DNA of 64,000 nucleotides from a virus (Duplodnaviria; Heunggongvirae; Uroviricota; Caudoviricetes): IMG/VR virus record IMGVR_UViG_3300037067_007156, positions 77,519 to 141,518 of that record; one strand, 5' to 3'. Shown piece by piece: positions 20,067 to 28,993 of this stretch (position 1 is its first letter; each line of letters starts with the position of its first letter). The notes under the pieces were generated by a model. It saw only the letters and a program-made list of their open reading frames with translations, ran no database searches and was not told where the DNA came from. The position numbers and the translations under genes were made by a program.

Positions 20067-21053
20067 ATGAGCGAACAAGTAAAAAAAGTCAATTTATTTG
20101 ACATGTCAGAAGATGACAGCACAATGGGATTTTTAGACGAAAAGAAAAGAAATGCAGATGGAATTTATCGCCCAGCAATTACAGATGCAGTTGACAAAAA
20201 AGAAGGTTACAAAGCAACTATCCGTTTTCTTCCCAATTTTAAGAAAGATGGTACCGTAGGTGCTTCAGCAGTCGAAAAACATTTACACTATGCAAAACTT
20301 TTAAACAATCCTGATTTAAAAGGTTACTACGAATGTAAAAAGAATATGGGTGAAACCACTTGTCCATTATGTGTAACATATTGGGATTTATTCAATTCTA
20401 AAAATGCTGCTGACAAGGAAAAAGCAGAATTAATCAAACGTTCTACTAAATATTACAGTTATATTTTAGTAATCGAAGATGAAAATAACAAAGAATTGGA
20501 AGGTAAAATTTTAATTTATCCATTTGGATATAAAATTAAAGAAAAAATCAACGCACAGAAAAAGGGTGAACTTGATGGTATAAAAAGTAATGTTTTTGAC
20601 CTTGCTAACGGTAAAGATTTTCGTCTTATCATAAAGGAAAATAAAACACCACAAGGTGTTTTCCCTAACTACGATGCAAGTAGTTTTCTTGAAGCTTCAC
20701 CTATTAAAATCAACGGTAAAAAAGTTCCGGTTGAAAAAAATGAAGCAGGTAAAATAGTTATTTCTAACGAAAAAATTCAAAAGGGTTTACAAGAATTTCT
20801 TTTAAAAAGAGATGTAGATTTGGATGAATATGAAGCAAAACCTTGGACAGACGTAGAAGCTGATAAAGTTGAAAAGATTATCGCCTTAGTTAATGGTTCT
20901 GGTATTGCTGGTGCTAAATCATCTATTGGAAAAGCATCGAAAGAAACATTCAATACTCCACAAGAAGAAAACACTTCAAGTGATAATTTTTCTTTCGATA
21001 AAGTAGAAGATGATGATAATGTTGATGATTTTTTCAATGTTGAAAGTAAATAA
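20067..21053 (+). CDS. gp32: Single-stranded DNA-binding protein, T4 gp32-like
   Basis: ATIRFLP, CPLC zinc site, KYYSYILVIED..GKILIYPFG.KI, acidic tail ending in FF; MSEQ start preferred over 20019. Confidence 0.85.
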   Translation: MSEQVKKVNLFDMSEDDSTMGFLDEKKRNADGIYRPAITDAVDKKEGYKATIRFLPNFKKDGTVGASAVEKHLHYAKLLNNPDLKGYYECKKNMGETTCPLCVTYWDLFNSKNAADKEKAELIKRSTKYYSYILVIEDENNKELEGKILIYPFGYKIKEKINAQKKGELDGIKSNVFDLANGKDFRLIIKENKTPQGVFPNYDASSFLEASPIKINGKKVPVEKNEAGKIVISNEKIQKGLQEFLLKRDVDLDEYEAKPWTDVEADKVEKIIALVNGSGIAGAKSSIGKASKETFNTPQEENTSSDNFSFDKVEDDDNVDDFFNVESK

Positions 21054-21076
21054 AAAACCTCAAAACTACAAATACG

Positions 21077-21137
21077 AAAAAGTCCACTTAACAGTGGACT
21101 TTTTTATTATAAAGTTCACTGTTAAGTGGACTTTTTT
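21077..21137. terminator. Two hairpin terminators between convergent genes
   Basis: AAAAAGTCCACT-TAAC-AGTGGACTTTTT and AAAGTTCACT-GTTA-AGTGGACTTT. Confidence 0.75.
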
Positions 21138-21184
21138 ATTTTCATCAAATAATTTTTTATAAATAGAATGTTAAAATTTTAGAT

Positions 21185-21685
21185 TTATCTATATTCGAAA
21201 ATTTGACCATCCCTCTTATAATCAATATAAGTATGGTTATCTAAAAACATTATTTCACCAATTTTGAATGTATCAGCTTCAAATTCTTTACATTTAGGAT
21301 TTCTCAAAACAACTCTGGAATATTTATTAATAAGGTCAACGTGTATAGATTTATCCATTTTTTGTTCATGGGTATATATTTTACCATCCATTAAGGATTT
21401 AACAGTCAAAAGTTTTTCTTCACAATCTACTATTAACATGGAACATTTAAAATGTGGGTCATAATTTTCCAATTCTTCTTTAGAAAGGTCGGAATATATT
21501 TTATTATCAGGGGTTGTTCCATGAAAATATAGAGCCACTATTAATAATAAAAATAAAAATATTCCAAATGTATTTTTTAAAATATTAAAAAAAGTTACTA
21601 TAAATTGTCCTAAAAATTCCAGTAACCCTTTTATAGAACCCAAGATGATAATAGCTACAACTATTATTATTATCCATTTTATCAT
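21185..21685 (-). CDS. Membrane protein, hypothetical
   Basis: Two N-terminal hydrophobic segments; TAAATTTG host-type -7 element at 21711-21718 on the minus strand. Confidence 0.6.
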   Translation of the reverse strand: MIKWIIIIVVAIIILGSIKGLLEFLGQFIVTFFNILKNTFGIFLFLLLIVALYFHGTTPDNKIYSDLSKEELENYDPHFKCSMLIVDCEEKLLTVKSLMDGKIYTHEQKMDKSIHVDLINKYSRVVLRNPKCKEFEADTFKIGEIMFLDNHTYIDYKRDGQIFEYR

Positions 21686-21812
21686 ATCCGTATATTTTTA
21701 GTTTATGAAACAAATTTACAATGATATAATGAGGAAAAAAAATCGTAGATTAACATTTTTAATTATTTAAAAATTATATATACTACAAAATAAAAATATT
21801 ATTAAAATTTTT

Positions 21813-22739
21813 ATGATATCATCCTATAAATACTTTATTACAAAAATATTAGAGAAAAGTTCTTTAACTACATTAGGTGTACCAAAAGAAGTAATGCAGA
21901 ATATACAAAAAGATTATGCATTAAGACCAGATGCAGAATGGATTGAATTTTCTTTAAAAAAAGATATCAAAACCGAATTAATGCAAAATAAAAACATTTT
22001 ATTTGTTCAGGTTGGTGATGATTCAATAAAAGTATACTGTTCGGCAATTGAAAATAAAAGAAAATTATATTTGATAGACAGGTATATTAAATACACTGGT
22101 GAATGGGGTGACCATTGGGAAAAAAATGAAAGAGAAGGTATCACGTTAACACAATTATTAATTGACATAGAAAATGAATCTCGATATAAAAAATATAAAT
22201 TGAAAGATGATAATTTTTCTGTTGTTAGAAGTGATGTTCGAAATATAGAAAAAGCACAGAGAGATTTTGAAGATTTTAATAATACTTTCAGAAAAAATTT
22301 AATAGATTATTTCACTAAGGTTTTAAAAAATTCACATTCTCAATTTTCACAACAAATTGAAAAAGCAATTATTGATAATTTAGCCAAGGTTAGAAAAGAT
22401 TTATCTCCAGATGAAATAAAACAAGTGTTATACCAAAATGTTGATTTAGCTACAAAAGCTAAAACACATAAACAAAAAGCTGAAGATATTCCAAAATATA
22501 AACTTGATAACGAAGAGATACAACACAACTCGTTGACGTTATTTAACGAATATCTTTTACAGTTTGAAACCGATTATTCAGAAAAATATGGTGAATATTT
22601 TACAATAAAAAATTTGATAGAAAAATATTCACAAAATAAAATAATAACAGCCTTTATTTATTATTTATATACTGGTAAACTTATGGATTTAAATAGTTTC
22701 ATTCCGATTGAAACTTTAGATGATTTATACAATTTTTAA
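21813..22739 (+). CDS. Hypothetical protein with CTS-like leader
   Basis: MISSYKYFITKILE; 308-aa helical ORF. Confidence 0.65.
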   Translation: MISSYKYFITKILEKSSLTTLGVPKEVMQNIQKDYALRPDAEWIEFSLKKDIKTELMQNKNILFVQVGDDSIKVYCSAIENKRKLYLIDRYIKYTGEWGDHWEKNEREGITLTQLLIDIENESRYKKYKLKDDNFSVVRSDVRNIEKAQRDFEDFNNTFRKNLIDYFTKVLKNSHSQFSQQIEKAIIDNLAKVRKDLSPDEIKQVLYQNVDLATKAKTHKQKAEDIPKYKLDNEEIQHNSLTLFNEYLLQFETDYSEKYGEYFTIKNLIEKYSQNKIITAFIYYLYTGKLMDLNSFIPIETLDDLYNF

Positions 22740-23169
22740 AACAAAACTCTTAATTTTGTATATAATATTAAAAAACTTAGTCGTGTTGTATCCCAAATTA
22801 TCATGGAAATATCGTTATTTAGAAGAGTGTCGTGAAGTTTCACAGGAAGATATTATAAATACAACACCAGATGAACATAATCGTTGGATGATTATAGGTT
22901 ATATATCAATGAAAACTAAAGCAATGCCCGAATATAAAACTTTTGGTAAAAAAATTAATATACCAATAGTAGTAATACAACAAAAAGGTTGTGCAGGTTC
23001 AGTTGTACCTTCAACAATTGATAATTTTTGTGCTCATTTTTCAAATATAAAAGATGCTAATATTGGTTTGTCTGAATCATATTTTTATGGTAAAACACCA
23101 AATGAAGTAATGGTAAAGGTTCAAGAAGCTTTTGAAAGAACTTATAATTGTTTTATAAATTTTATTTAA
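22720..23169 (+). CDS. Hypothetical protein
   Basis: 149-aa ORF in a + strand operon. Confidence 0.55.
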   Translation: MIYTIFKTKLLILYIILKNLVVLYPKLSWKYRYLEECREVSQEDIINTTPDEHNRWMIIGYISMKTKAMPEYKTFGKKINIPIVVIQQKGCAGSVVPSTIDNFCAHFSNIKDANIGLSESYFYGKTPNEVMVKVQEAFERTYNCFINFI

Positions 23170-23170
23170 C

Positions 23171-23581
23171 ATGGCAGAAGAAAAAATTGATTTTATAAAA
23201 GTTGTAGATTATTTATTTGTTAATAAAAATAAATATTTAAAATTATCAGATACTGATAAAGAAAATAATTTTTTTATTATTAATAGAAAATTCTCGGCTC
23301 AATATCCAAAAGAAGCTAACTTTTTAAATACTAAACTTGGAAATCGTGCTTCAGCCTTAGATATATGGTTTAAAATTTTCAAAAAAACAACTTCAATACC
23401 ATATTGGTACTGGACAAAAGTAGAAAAGAAAGAAAGTAAAAAATTCACCAAGGGTGATATAGATTTATTTTTAAAATATAATTCGGAAATAAATCCAAAA
23501 TATCTTGATTTTATAATTGATTTCTATGAAGAAGACATGAAAGAAGAAATTAAAAAAATAAAAAAATATGAAACAAGATAA
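23171..23581 (+). CDS. Possible clamp-loader small subunit (T4 gp62-like)
   Basis: NFFIINRKFS...ANFLN resembles the gp62-family FIINR.LS...AN.MN motif (recalled); size fits. Confidence 0.4.
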   Translation: MAEEKIDFIKVVDYLFVNKNKYLKLSDTDKENNFFIINRKFSAQYPKEANFLNTKLGNRASALDIWFKIFKKTTSIPYWYWTKVEKKESKKFTKGDIDLFLKYNSEINPKYLDFIIDFYEEDMKEEIKKIKKYETR

Positions 23582-23882
23582 AACGTTTTCTTCTTTACTT
23601 GTATTCTGGGAAAGTGAAATCGAAGGAAACATTGAACATGTTATAGAATTAAAAAATTATAAATATTATGAGAAATCGATTTTAGAAAGTGAAATATTAG
23701 AAAGTAAAATTCGTTTACAATTAATATTTGAACAAATTGACTTTTTCAAATATTCTAACTCTGATGATTATAATTTTCAATCCATAGATTCTCTTATCGA
23801 AAAATATAAACAATTTCTAAAAGAGAACAATATTATTTTATATATATATTCGTGGGTTAACCAACTGCTAACAAAAATTTAA
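23568..23882 (+). CDS. Hypothetical protein
   Basis: 104-aa ORF overlapping the previous stop. Confidence 0.5.
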   Translation: MKQDKTFSSLLVFWESEIEGNIEHVIELKNYKYYEKSILESEILESKIRLQLIFEQIDFFKYSNSDDYNFQSIDSLIEKYKQFLKENNIILYIYSWVNQLLTKI

Positions 23883-25269
23883 CAAAATCTATAATTTTTT
23901 AACAAAAAATAAAACAACACCTTTTATTTTTAATATATAGAGTAAATTAATACTCTGAAATATTTTTATGTTAAAAGCGATAAAAATAAGATTATATCCT
24001 AATAAAAATCAAGAAGTTTATATAAATAAACTACTTGGTTGTTATCGCTTTACATATAACAAATGCCTTGAACTAAAGAAAAATAAATATCTGGAAGATA
24101 AAACAACACTTGGTTTAAAAGATTTAGGAAATTATTTTCATCAAAATTTAACTAAAAATGATGAATATGTTTTTCTTAAAGAACACAATACTAAGGTTTT
24201 AAAACAAGCAATCATTAATGTTTTAGATGCTTATAAAAGGTTTTTCATAAACGGGACTGGTTTTCCTAACTTTAAATCAAAAAAAGATAATAAATCTTCT
24301 TGTAGGTTTCCAGCAGAAAGTATAAGTAAAAAGAATAATTATTTGTCTGGAAAATTAACTTTAACCAGTCAAATTAAAGATATAAAATTCAAATGTTCAG
24401 ATAATTATAAAAATTATTTAGATAAATATAAAAATAATATTCGTTCAGCTACGCTTACTAAAACGGTTTCTGGTAATTATTTTTTAAGCATTTTAGTTGA
24501 TGGAAATATAGAAAAACAACTTCCTAAACCAAAAAATGAAATAACTGGGATAGACTTGGGAATTAAGACGTTCGTGATTAGTTCCGAAGGAACAGTTCAC
24601 GAAAATCTTAAATCCCAAAGAGCCAACGAGAAACAAATAATTAAGTTACAAAAACAACTGTCTAAAAAAGTTATAGGCTCTAAAAATAGAAATAAAGCAA
24701 GGATTAAATTAGCTAAAAAATATGATAAAATAAATAACAGGAAAGAAAATTATTTACATAGCATTGTTAACCAGTTACTTAATGATAATCAAATTATAGT
24801 GATGGAAAACTTAAATGTAAAAGGAATGTTGAAAAATCATTATTTAGCTAAATCAATTCAAGAGCTTAGTCTTTATAGATTTAAAAGTATTTTACTTTAT
24901 AAATCTGCTTGGTATGACAGGACTGTGGTTGAAATAGATAGATGGTTTCCTTCATCAAAATTATGTAGCTGCTGTGGTTTCAAGAAAAAAGACTTAAAAT
25001 TAAATGATAGAGAGTGGACTTGTCCAAACTGTGGGATTGTTCACGACCGGGATTTTAATGCTGCTATTAATATCAGAAATGAAGGTAAAAGAATTTTAAA
25101 TAGAATAGATAACTTTCAGTTTAAAGACTTTCAAGTAGGCTGCCGTACAGCCGAATTTACGCTTGTGGACTTCCCAACTATGGATGACCCAGCCTGTGAA
25201 GGCTTGCTAAAAAGTAGTGGGAGTATGAAACAAGAAGAAATATTTTTAACAAAATTGTAGATTTTGTTA
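23880..25269 (+). mobile_element. Solo IS200/IS605-family tnpB element (no tnpA)
   Basis: 19-nt inverted ends with 18/19 identity (23880-23898 and 25251-25269); right-end hairpin TAACAAAAT-TGTAG-ATTTTGTTA. Confidence 0.6.
23968..25260 (+). CDS. tnpB: RNA-guided endonuclease TnpB
   Basis: MLKAIKIRLYP HTH; RuvC D (GIDLG), E (VMENL), D (DRDFNAA); CSCCG..CPNCG zinc ribbon. Confidence 0.92.
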   Translation: MLKAIKIRLYPNKNQEVYINKLLGCYRFTYNKCLELKKNKYLEDKTTLGLKDLGNYFHQNLTKNDEYVFLKEHNTKVLKQAIINVLDAYKRFFINGTGFPNFKSKKDNKSSCRFPAESISKKNNYLSGKLTLTSQIKDIKFKCSDNYKNYLDKYKNNIRSATLTKTVSGNYFLSILVDGNIEKQLPKPKNEITGIDLGIKTFVISSEGTVHENLKSQRANEKQIIKLQKQLSKKVIGSKNRNKARIKLAKKYDKINNRKENYLHSIVNQLLNDNQIIVMENLNVKGMLKNHYLAKSIQELSLYRFKSILLYKSAWYDRTVVEIDRWFPSSKLCSCCGFKKKDLKLNDREWTCPNCGIVHDRDFNAAINIRNEGKRILNRIDNFQFKDFQVGCRTAEFTLVDFPTMDDPACEGLLKSSGSMKQEEIFLTKL

Positions 25270-25295
25270 GAATTTTTTATACGGTAAACCCATTA
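25130..25295 (+). ncRNA. Putative TnpB omegaRNA/reRNA scaffold and guide (boundaries approximate)
   Basis: GC-richer 3' end of tnpB with hairpins GGCTG-CCGTA-CAGCC and AGCCT-GTGA-AGGCT; omegaRNA overlapping the tnpB 3' end is established for this family. Confidence 0.5.
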
Positions 25296-25334
25296 AATCT
25301 ACAAATAGTACACAAAAAATTTTTTCATTATTTA

Positions 25335-26114
25335 ATGAATAAGAATAACAGGATTCTCATTCTTAATCAAGAAGATGTTATCGGGTCATCGATTTATCAC
25401 AAGTTAACATTTAATAATTTTAATATTATAGATTCGAGTAATTTAAATTATAAGAATGATAATGAATTGAAAGAGTTCATATTTGCTACAAAGCCCGAAT
25501 ATTGTTTTATAACTAATATTGAAAAAGATTATGAACAAAAATTAATAAATCATCTCATAAATATTCATTGTAAAAAAATAGTTAATTATTTAAATATCGA
25601 TGATATATCCAATTATACTAAAATTCAAGAACAATCTTTAATCACCATACTGTTAGATGAAGTTTATGGTGATAATGATAATTACAAATTTGAAACTTGT
25701 AGTGTATTTGCAGATATTTTAAGACAAATACATGAGTCTAATATTTATAATAATCCAATAATTTATTTACAAATAGAGAATAATAGAAAAAGAAATTTTA
25801 TACATAGTGATGATTTAGCAAATGCTACAATAAATATTATAGATAATTTTGATACAAATAGAATAGTAGATTTAAGAACGGGTTCAAATTTAAACTTGAA
25901 ATGTTTAGCAGATTTAATAAAAGAATGTTTAAATTATACAGGTGAAATAATTTTCTTGGATGAAAATAAATATCCTTATAAAAATATAAAATATAACCGG
26001 AAAATTATAAAAATGGATTGGATGCCAAAGATTACAATAAAACAAGGGGTTCGTAAAACCTATTCTAAATTAATTGATAAAAATAAATATTTTATGATTT
26101 CTTCTATATTTTAA
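25335..26114 (+). CDS. Degenerate GDP-L-fucose synthase / NAD-dependent epimerase homologue
   Basis: Fcl-like KPEYCFI, RNFIHSDDLANA and W.PKITIKQGVRKTY retained; glycine-rich NAD(P) motif replaced by NQEDVIG. Confidence 0.65.
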   Translation: MNKNNRILILNQEDVIGSSIYHKLTFNNFNIIDSSNLNYKNDNELKEFIFATKPEYCFITNIEKDYEQKLINHLINIHCKKIVNYLNIDDISNYTKIQEQSLITILLDEVYGDNDNYKFETCSVFADILRQIHESNIYNNPIIYLQIENNRKRNFIHSDDLANATINIIDNFDTNRIVDLRTGSNLNLKCLADLIKECLNYTGEIIFLDENKYPYKNIKYNRKIIKMDWMPKITIKQGVRKTYSKLIDKNKYFMISSIF

Positions 26115-26656
26115 CGCCAGAATGGACTATGGCAATTTTCAATTCTTGTTTCTATATCAATTTTTATAGTTTCATCTTTCACATATTCGAGATATTTTTT
26201 ATAAAAGAATTCCATTGGATAATCAAGATTCATATTACAATATATATCACCCAAATACATGAAAACAATAGGTGGCGTTTCATATTCATACACTGAATTT
26301 AAATAATTCTTATTTATACATTCAGCTGCATACAACAAATAATATAAAGATTCATTATATAAACCTCTCTTATAAAGAGATAGACCCATTCTATAATTAA
26401 AATTATAATTATATGGGTCATAATCAAACAATTTAGAATACATCTTATATGCTTTTTTATAATTTCCAGCGTAATAATTTTGATTAGCCTCTGCGTAATA
26501 ATACACATAAAGATTAAGGTCTAATTCAGATTTTTTAACCCGTTCTTTATCTATTATGATAATACCTAAAGAATCTGATAATTTAGAATCTAAATCATTT
26601 TGGGAAAATAAACTATTACTAAAAAATAGTAATAATAAAATAATAAATTTCTTCAT
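26111..26656 (-). CDS. Secreted TPR-repeat protein
   Basis: Signal peptide; TPR-like AxxxYxxGxYxxA...DP.N...MG..LY..G.Y.E. Confidence 0.7.
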   Translation of the reverse strand: MKKFIILLLLFFSNSLFSQNDLDSKLSDSLGIIIIDKERVKKSELDLNLYVYYYAEANQNYYAGNYKKAYKMYSKLFDYDPYNYNFNYRMGLSLYKRGLYNESLYYLLYAAECINKNYLNSVYEYETPPIVFMYLGDIYCNMNLDYPMEFFYKKYLEYVKDETIKIDIETRIENCHSPFWR

Positions 26657-26691
26657 TGGTTGGAATTAAATTTATTTTAGATTACTATATA

Positions 26692-27603
26692 TTATTTTTC
26701 CAATGAATATTTTTTCAAGTAAGTGTTTAATGTTAATTTAGTTACATTTTTACTAAATTCTATTTTAACAAGTTTATCATTTTTTTTATTTTCTATTAAC
26801 TGAATTTCTGATGTATTTATAAAACCAAGACAATCATCACATAGAAAGACTATGAATTGGTATTTCATAGTGTTAGTACCTCTTTTAAAATTAAAAATAT
26901 CCGAATCTACATCTGAAAATATAACCTTTATAACATCAAGATATAAAATATTCCATTCACTTTTTTTATTTAATATTATAGTTTTAAGTCCAAATTCACT
27001 TTTATTAATCTCATTCATCATTATTAAATCCACCCCGAATTTTTTTTGATTTAAAGTAGATTCTTTACTAACCATACCTTTTATTATTCCAGTGTTTATT
27101 AATTTACCAATAGAATTATCATCATTCGAAAAAGTTGTAATAGTTTCAGCACGGTCTAATAATTTAATAAAGTTAATTTCCGAGAATATTTTATCAGCAT
27201 GAACATATATATGATTTAAAAAATCTGGATTTCGTTCTTCTTTATTATAATCAATTTTATCTGGATAGTATTTACATATTATCTTAAAAAGATATTTATC
27301 ATTCAATATACTATCGATAATTTTCAATCTTTTATTAGAATTATCATTTACAAGTAATTTAACAATATTTTTAATCCGGTCATTTGAACCTTTATAATTT
27401 AAAAGATTTTTAAATAACAAATATTTGTTTAAAGTATAATAATTTATATAAATAAAAATGTCCTTCATTTTGAACATTCTATTAAAGTTATACTTTGTTA
27501 CATGTAATATTTTATAGCCATCATCGAAGAATCTTATATTTGGGTCTTTTAAGAATATGTATGATTTTTTTAGACTTTTATCAATATAGTTATTTTTATT
27601 CAT
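26692..27603 (-). CDS. Hypothetical protein
   Basis: 303-aa ORF with no recognisable motif. Confidence 0.55.
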   Translation of the reverse strand: MNKNNYIDKSLKKSYIFLKDPNIRFFDDGYKILHVTKYNFNRMFKMKDIFIYINYYTLNKYLLFKNLLNYKGSNDRIKNIVKLLVNDNSNKRLKIIDSILNDKYLFKIICKYYPDKIDYNKEERNPDFLNHIYVHADKIFSEINFIKLLDRAETITTFSNDDNSIGKLINTGIIKGMVSKESTLNQKKFGVDLIMMNEINKSEFGLKTIILNKKSEWNILYLDVIKVIFSDVDSDIFNFKRGTNTMKYQFIVFLCDDCLGFINTSEIQLIENKKNDKLVKIEFSKNVTKLTLNTYLKKYSLEK

Positions 27604-27657
27604 TAAATAGAATTTGATTTTTCTATTTATAATACAAAAATTAATAATTGTTTGTAA

Positions 27658-28404
27658 TTACTTGAAATATTGATTTGTATTAACAAAATTAAAAATTGTT
27701 CCGACACTTTCAATATCACTCTTTAACTGAATGTTATCATCATAATGTGTCAGAGCTTTTACATTTTTTAAAATGTATGATTTTTTAACTATATCACCAT
27801 TCGTTGTGAACACATCATGTATATTAATATTATTATTTCGTATGAATTTCCAGATATTAGACACTTCATAATTCTGTCTTGATGTTACGACGATAATAGT
27901 ATGTGTTTTTGATAAATAATTTATCTTATCAATGAGTTCTTTATTTGGTTCAAAATTATCATAATCGTTATAATATTTAGGATGGATTGTGCCTTTTATT
28001 ATTGACTTATGTAATACACCATCAAAATCAAAACTAACAACTTTGTTAAATATCGGCTCATACAAATTTGATAATTTTTTCATTATAATTTTTTCACATT
28101 GTGTTTCAGAAATATATTGAAAGTCCAATTCAAAATCCACATTGAAAGCATTACCTTTACGAATTAATTCATCAACCAGTTCTGTTTCATCATCAGTCTC
28201 CAATATAATTACATTCAAAATAATTTTTTCTCGTGTATCATCAAGTTTTTTTAACATATAGGGATACAATCCACCGATTTCTTTTATCTTATGATACGCT
28301 TGATAATAAAAAATTTTATTAGTTGGATTTTCTATTTCAAAAGAATCATAAGGTTTGAATGTAAATATTTTATAATTATTATTGAATTCTTCAAATTTTT
28401 TCAT
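27658..28404 (-). CDS. HAD-superfamily phosphatase with CTS-like leader
   Basis: VSFDFDGVL, IIVVTSR, HYDDN; leader MKKFEEF. Confidence 0.75.
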   Translation of the reverse strand: MKKFEEFNNNYKIFTFKPYDSFEIENPTNKIFYYQAYHKIKEIGGLYPYMLKKLDDTREKIILNVIILETDDETELVDELIRKGNAFNVDFELDFQYISETQCEKIIMKKLSNLYEPIFNKVVSFDFDGVLHKSIIKGTIHPKYYNDYDNFEPNKELIDKINYLSKTHTIIVVTSRQNYEVSNIWKFIRNNNINIHDVFTTNGDIVKKSYILKNVKALTHYDDNIQLKSDIESVGTIFNFVNTNQYFK

Positions 28405-28991
28405 AGTACAGGTTTATATTTATCAACAAATATAATCGGTATTTTTAATTTTAAATTATAAATCTTATTTTTATATTCATTATATATCTTATCAATAGCT
28501 AATTTATCATTCAAATACACATTTTCTTCTGGGTGATGAGTATTAAGTCTATCATCTAATTCATCTTCATAAGGAGCATCCTTTAATATTTCAATATTAA
28601 TCAATGACGGCTCAATATTTACACCATCAATATAATCTCTCACCATATCAATATTATATTTTCCTGTGAAAACTCTTTCTTCTCTTTCAAATTTATCTGG
28701 AAAATTTTGGTCTAAAAAGGGGTTTATTTTATAGTTGTTCTTTAATTTATTATAATCAACACTAATTCTACAACTTCTTTTATCAATTCTTAACTCTGTG
28801 GACTTCATATCATAGTTTCTCGAAAATGACACATGATTAGAATATGTATTATAAAGAAATAATCCTCCACTGGGTTTATAATTTTTAAGTATTTTATATA
28901 AAGAATAAATACTGGTGAAATGATAAATAGGAGTCACAATTAAATTCTTATTGAATTTCTCATATAAAAATTCATAATATAATTTAACCAT
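28401..28991 (-). CDS. ADP-ribosyltransferase-like protein with CTS-like leader
   Basis: IYHFT...VSFSR...EREERV, same pattern as domain 2 of 11275-12615; leader MVKLYYEFLYE. Confidence 0.55.
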   Translation of the reverse strand: MVKLYYEFLYEKFNKNLIVTPIYHFTSIYSLYKILKNYKPSGGLFLYNTYSNHVSFSRNYDMKSTELRIDKRSCRISVDYNKLKNNYKINPFLDQNFPDKFEREERVFTGKYNIDMVRDYIDGVNIEPSLINIEILKDAPYEDELDDRLNTHHPEENVYLNDKLAIDKIYNEYKNKIYNLKLKIPIIFVDKYKPVL

Positions 28992-28993
28992 GA

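Noticed and set aside
23968-25260. TnpB as the Cas12 effector for the mini-array
   Set aside because: It lies 23 kb away and has typical IS605 OrfB architecture with its own omegaRNA-like 3' region.
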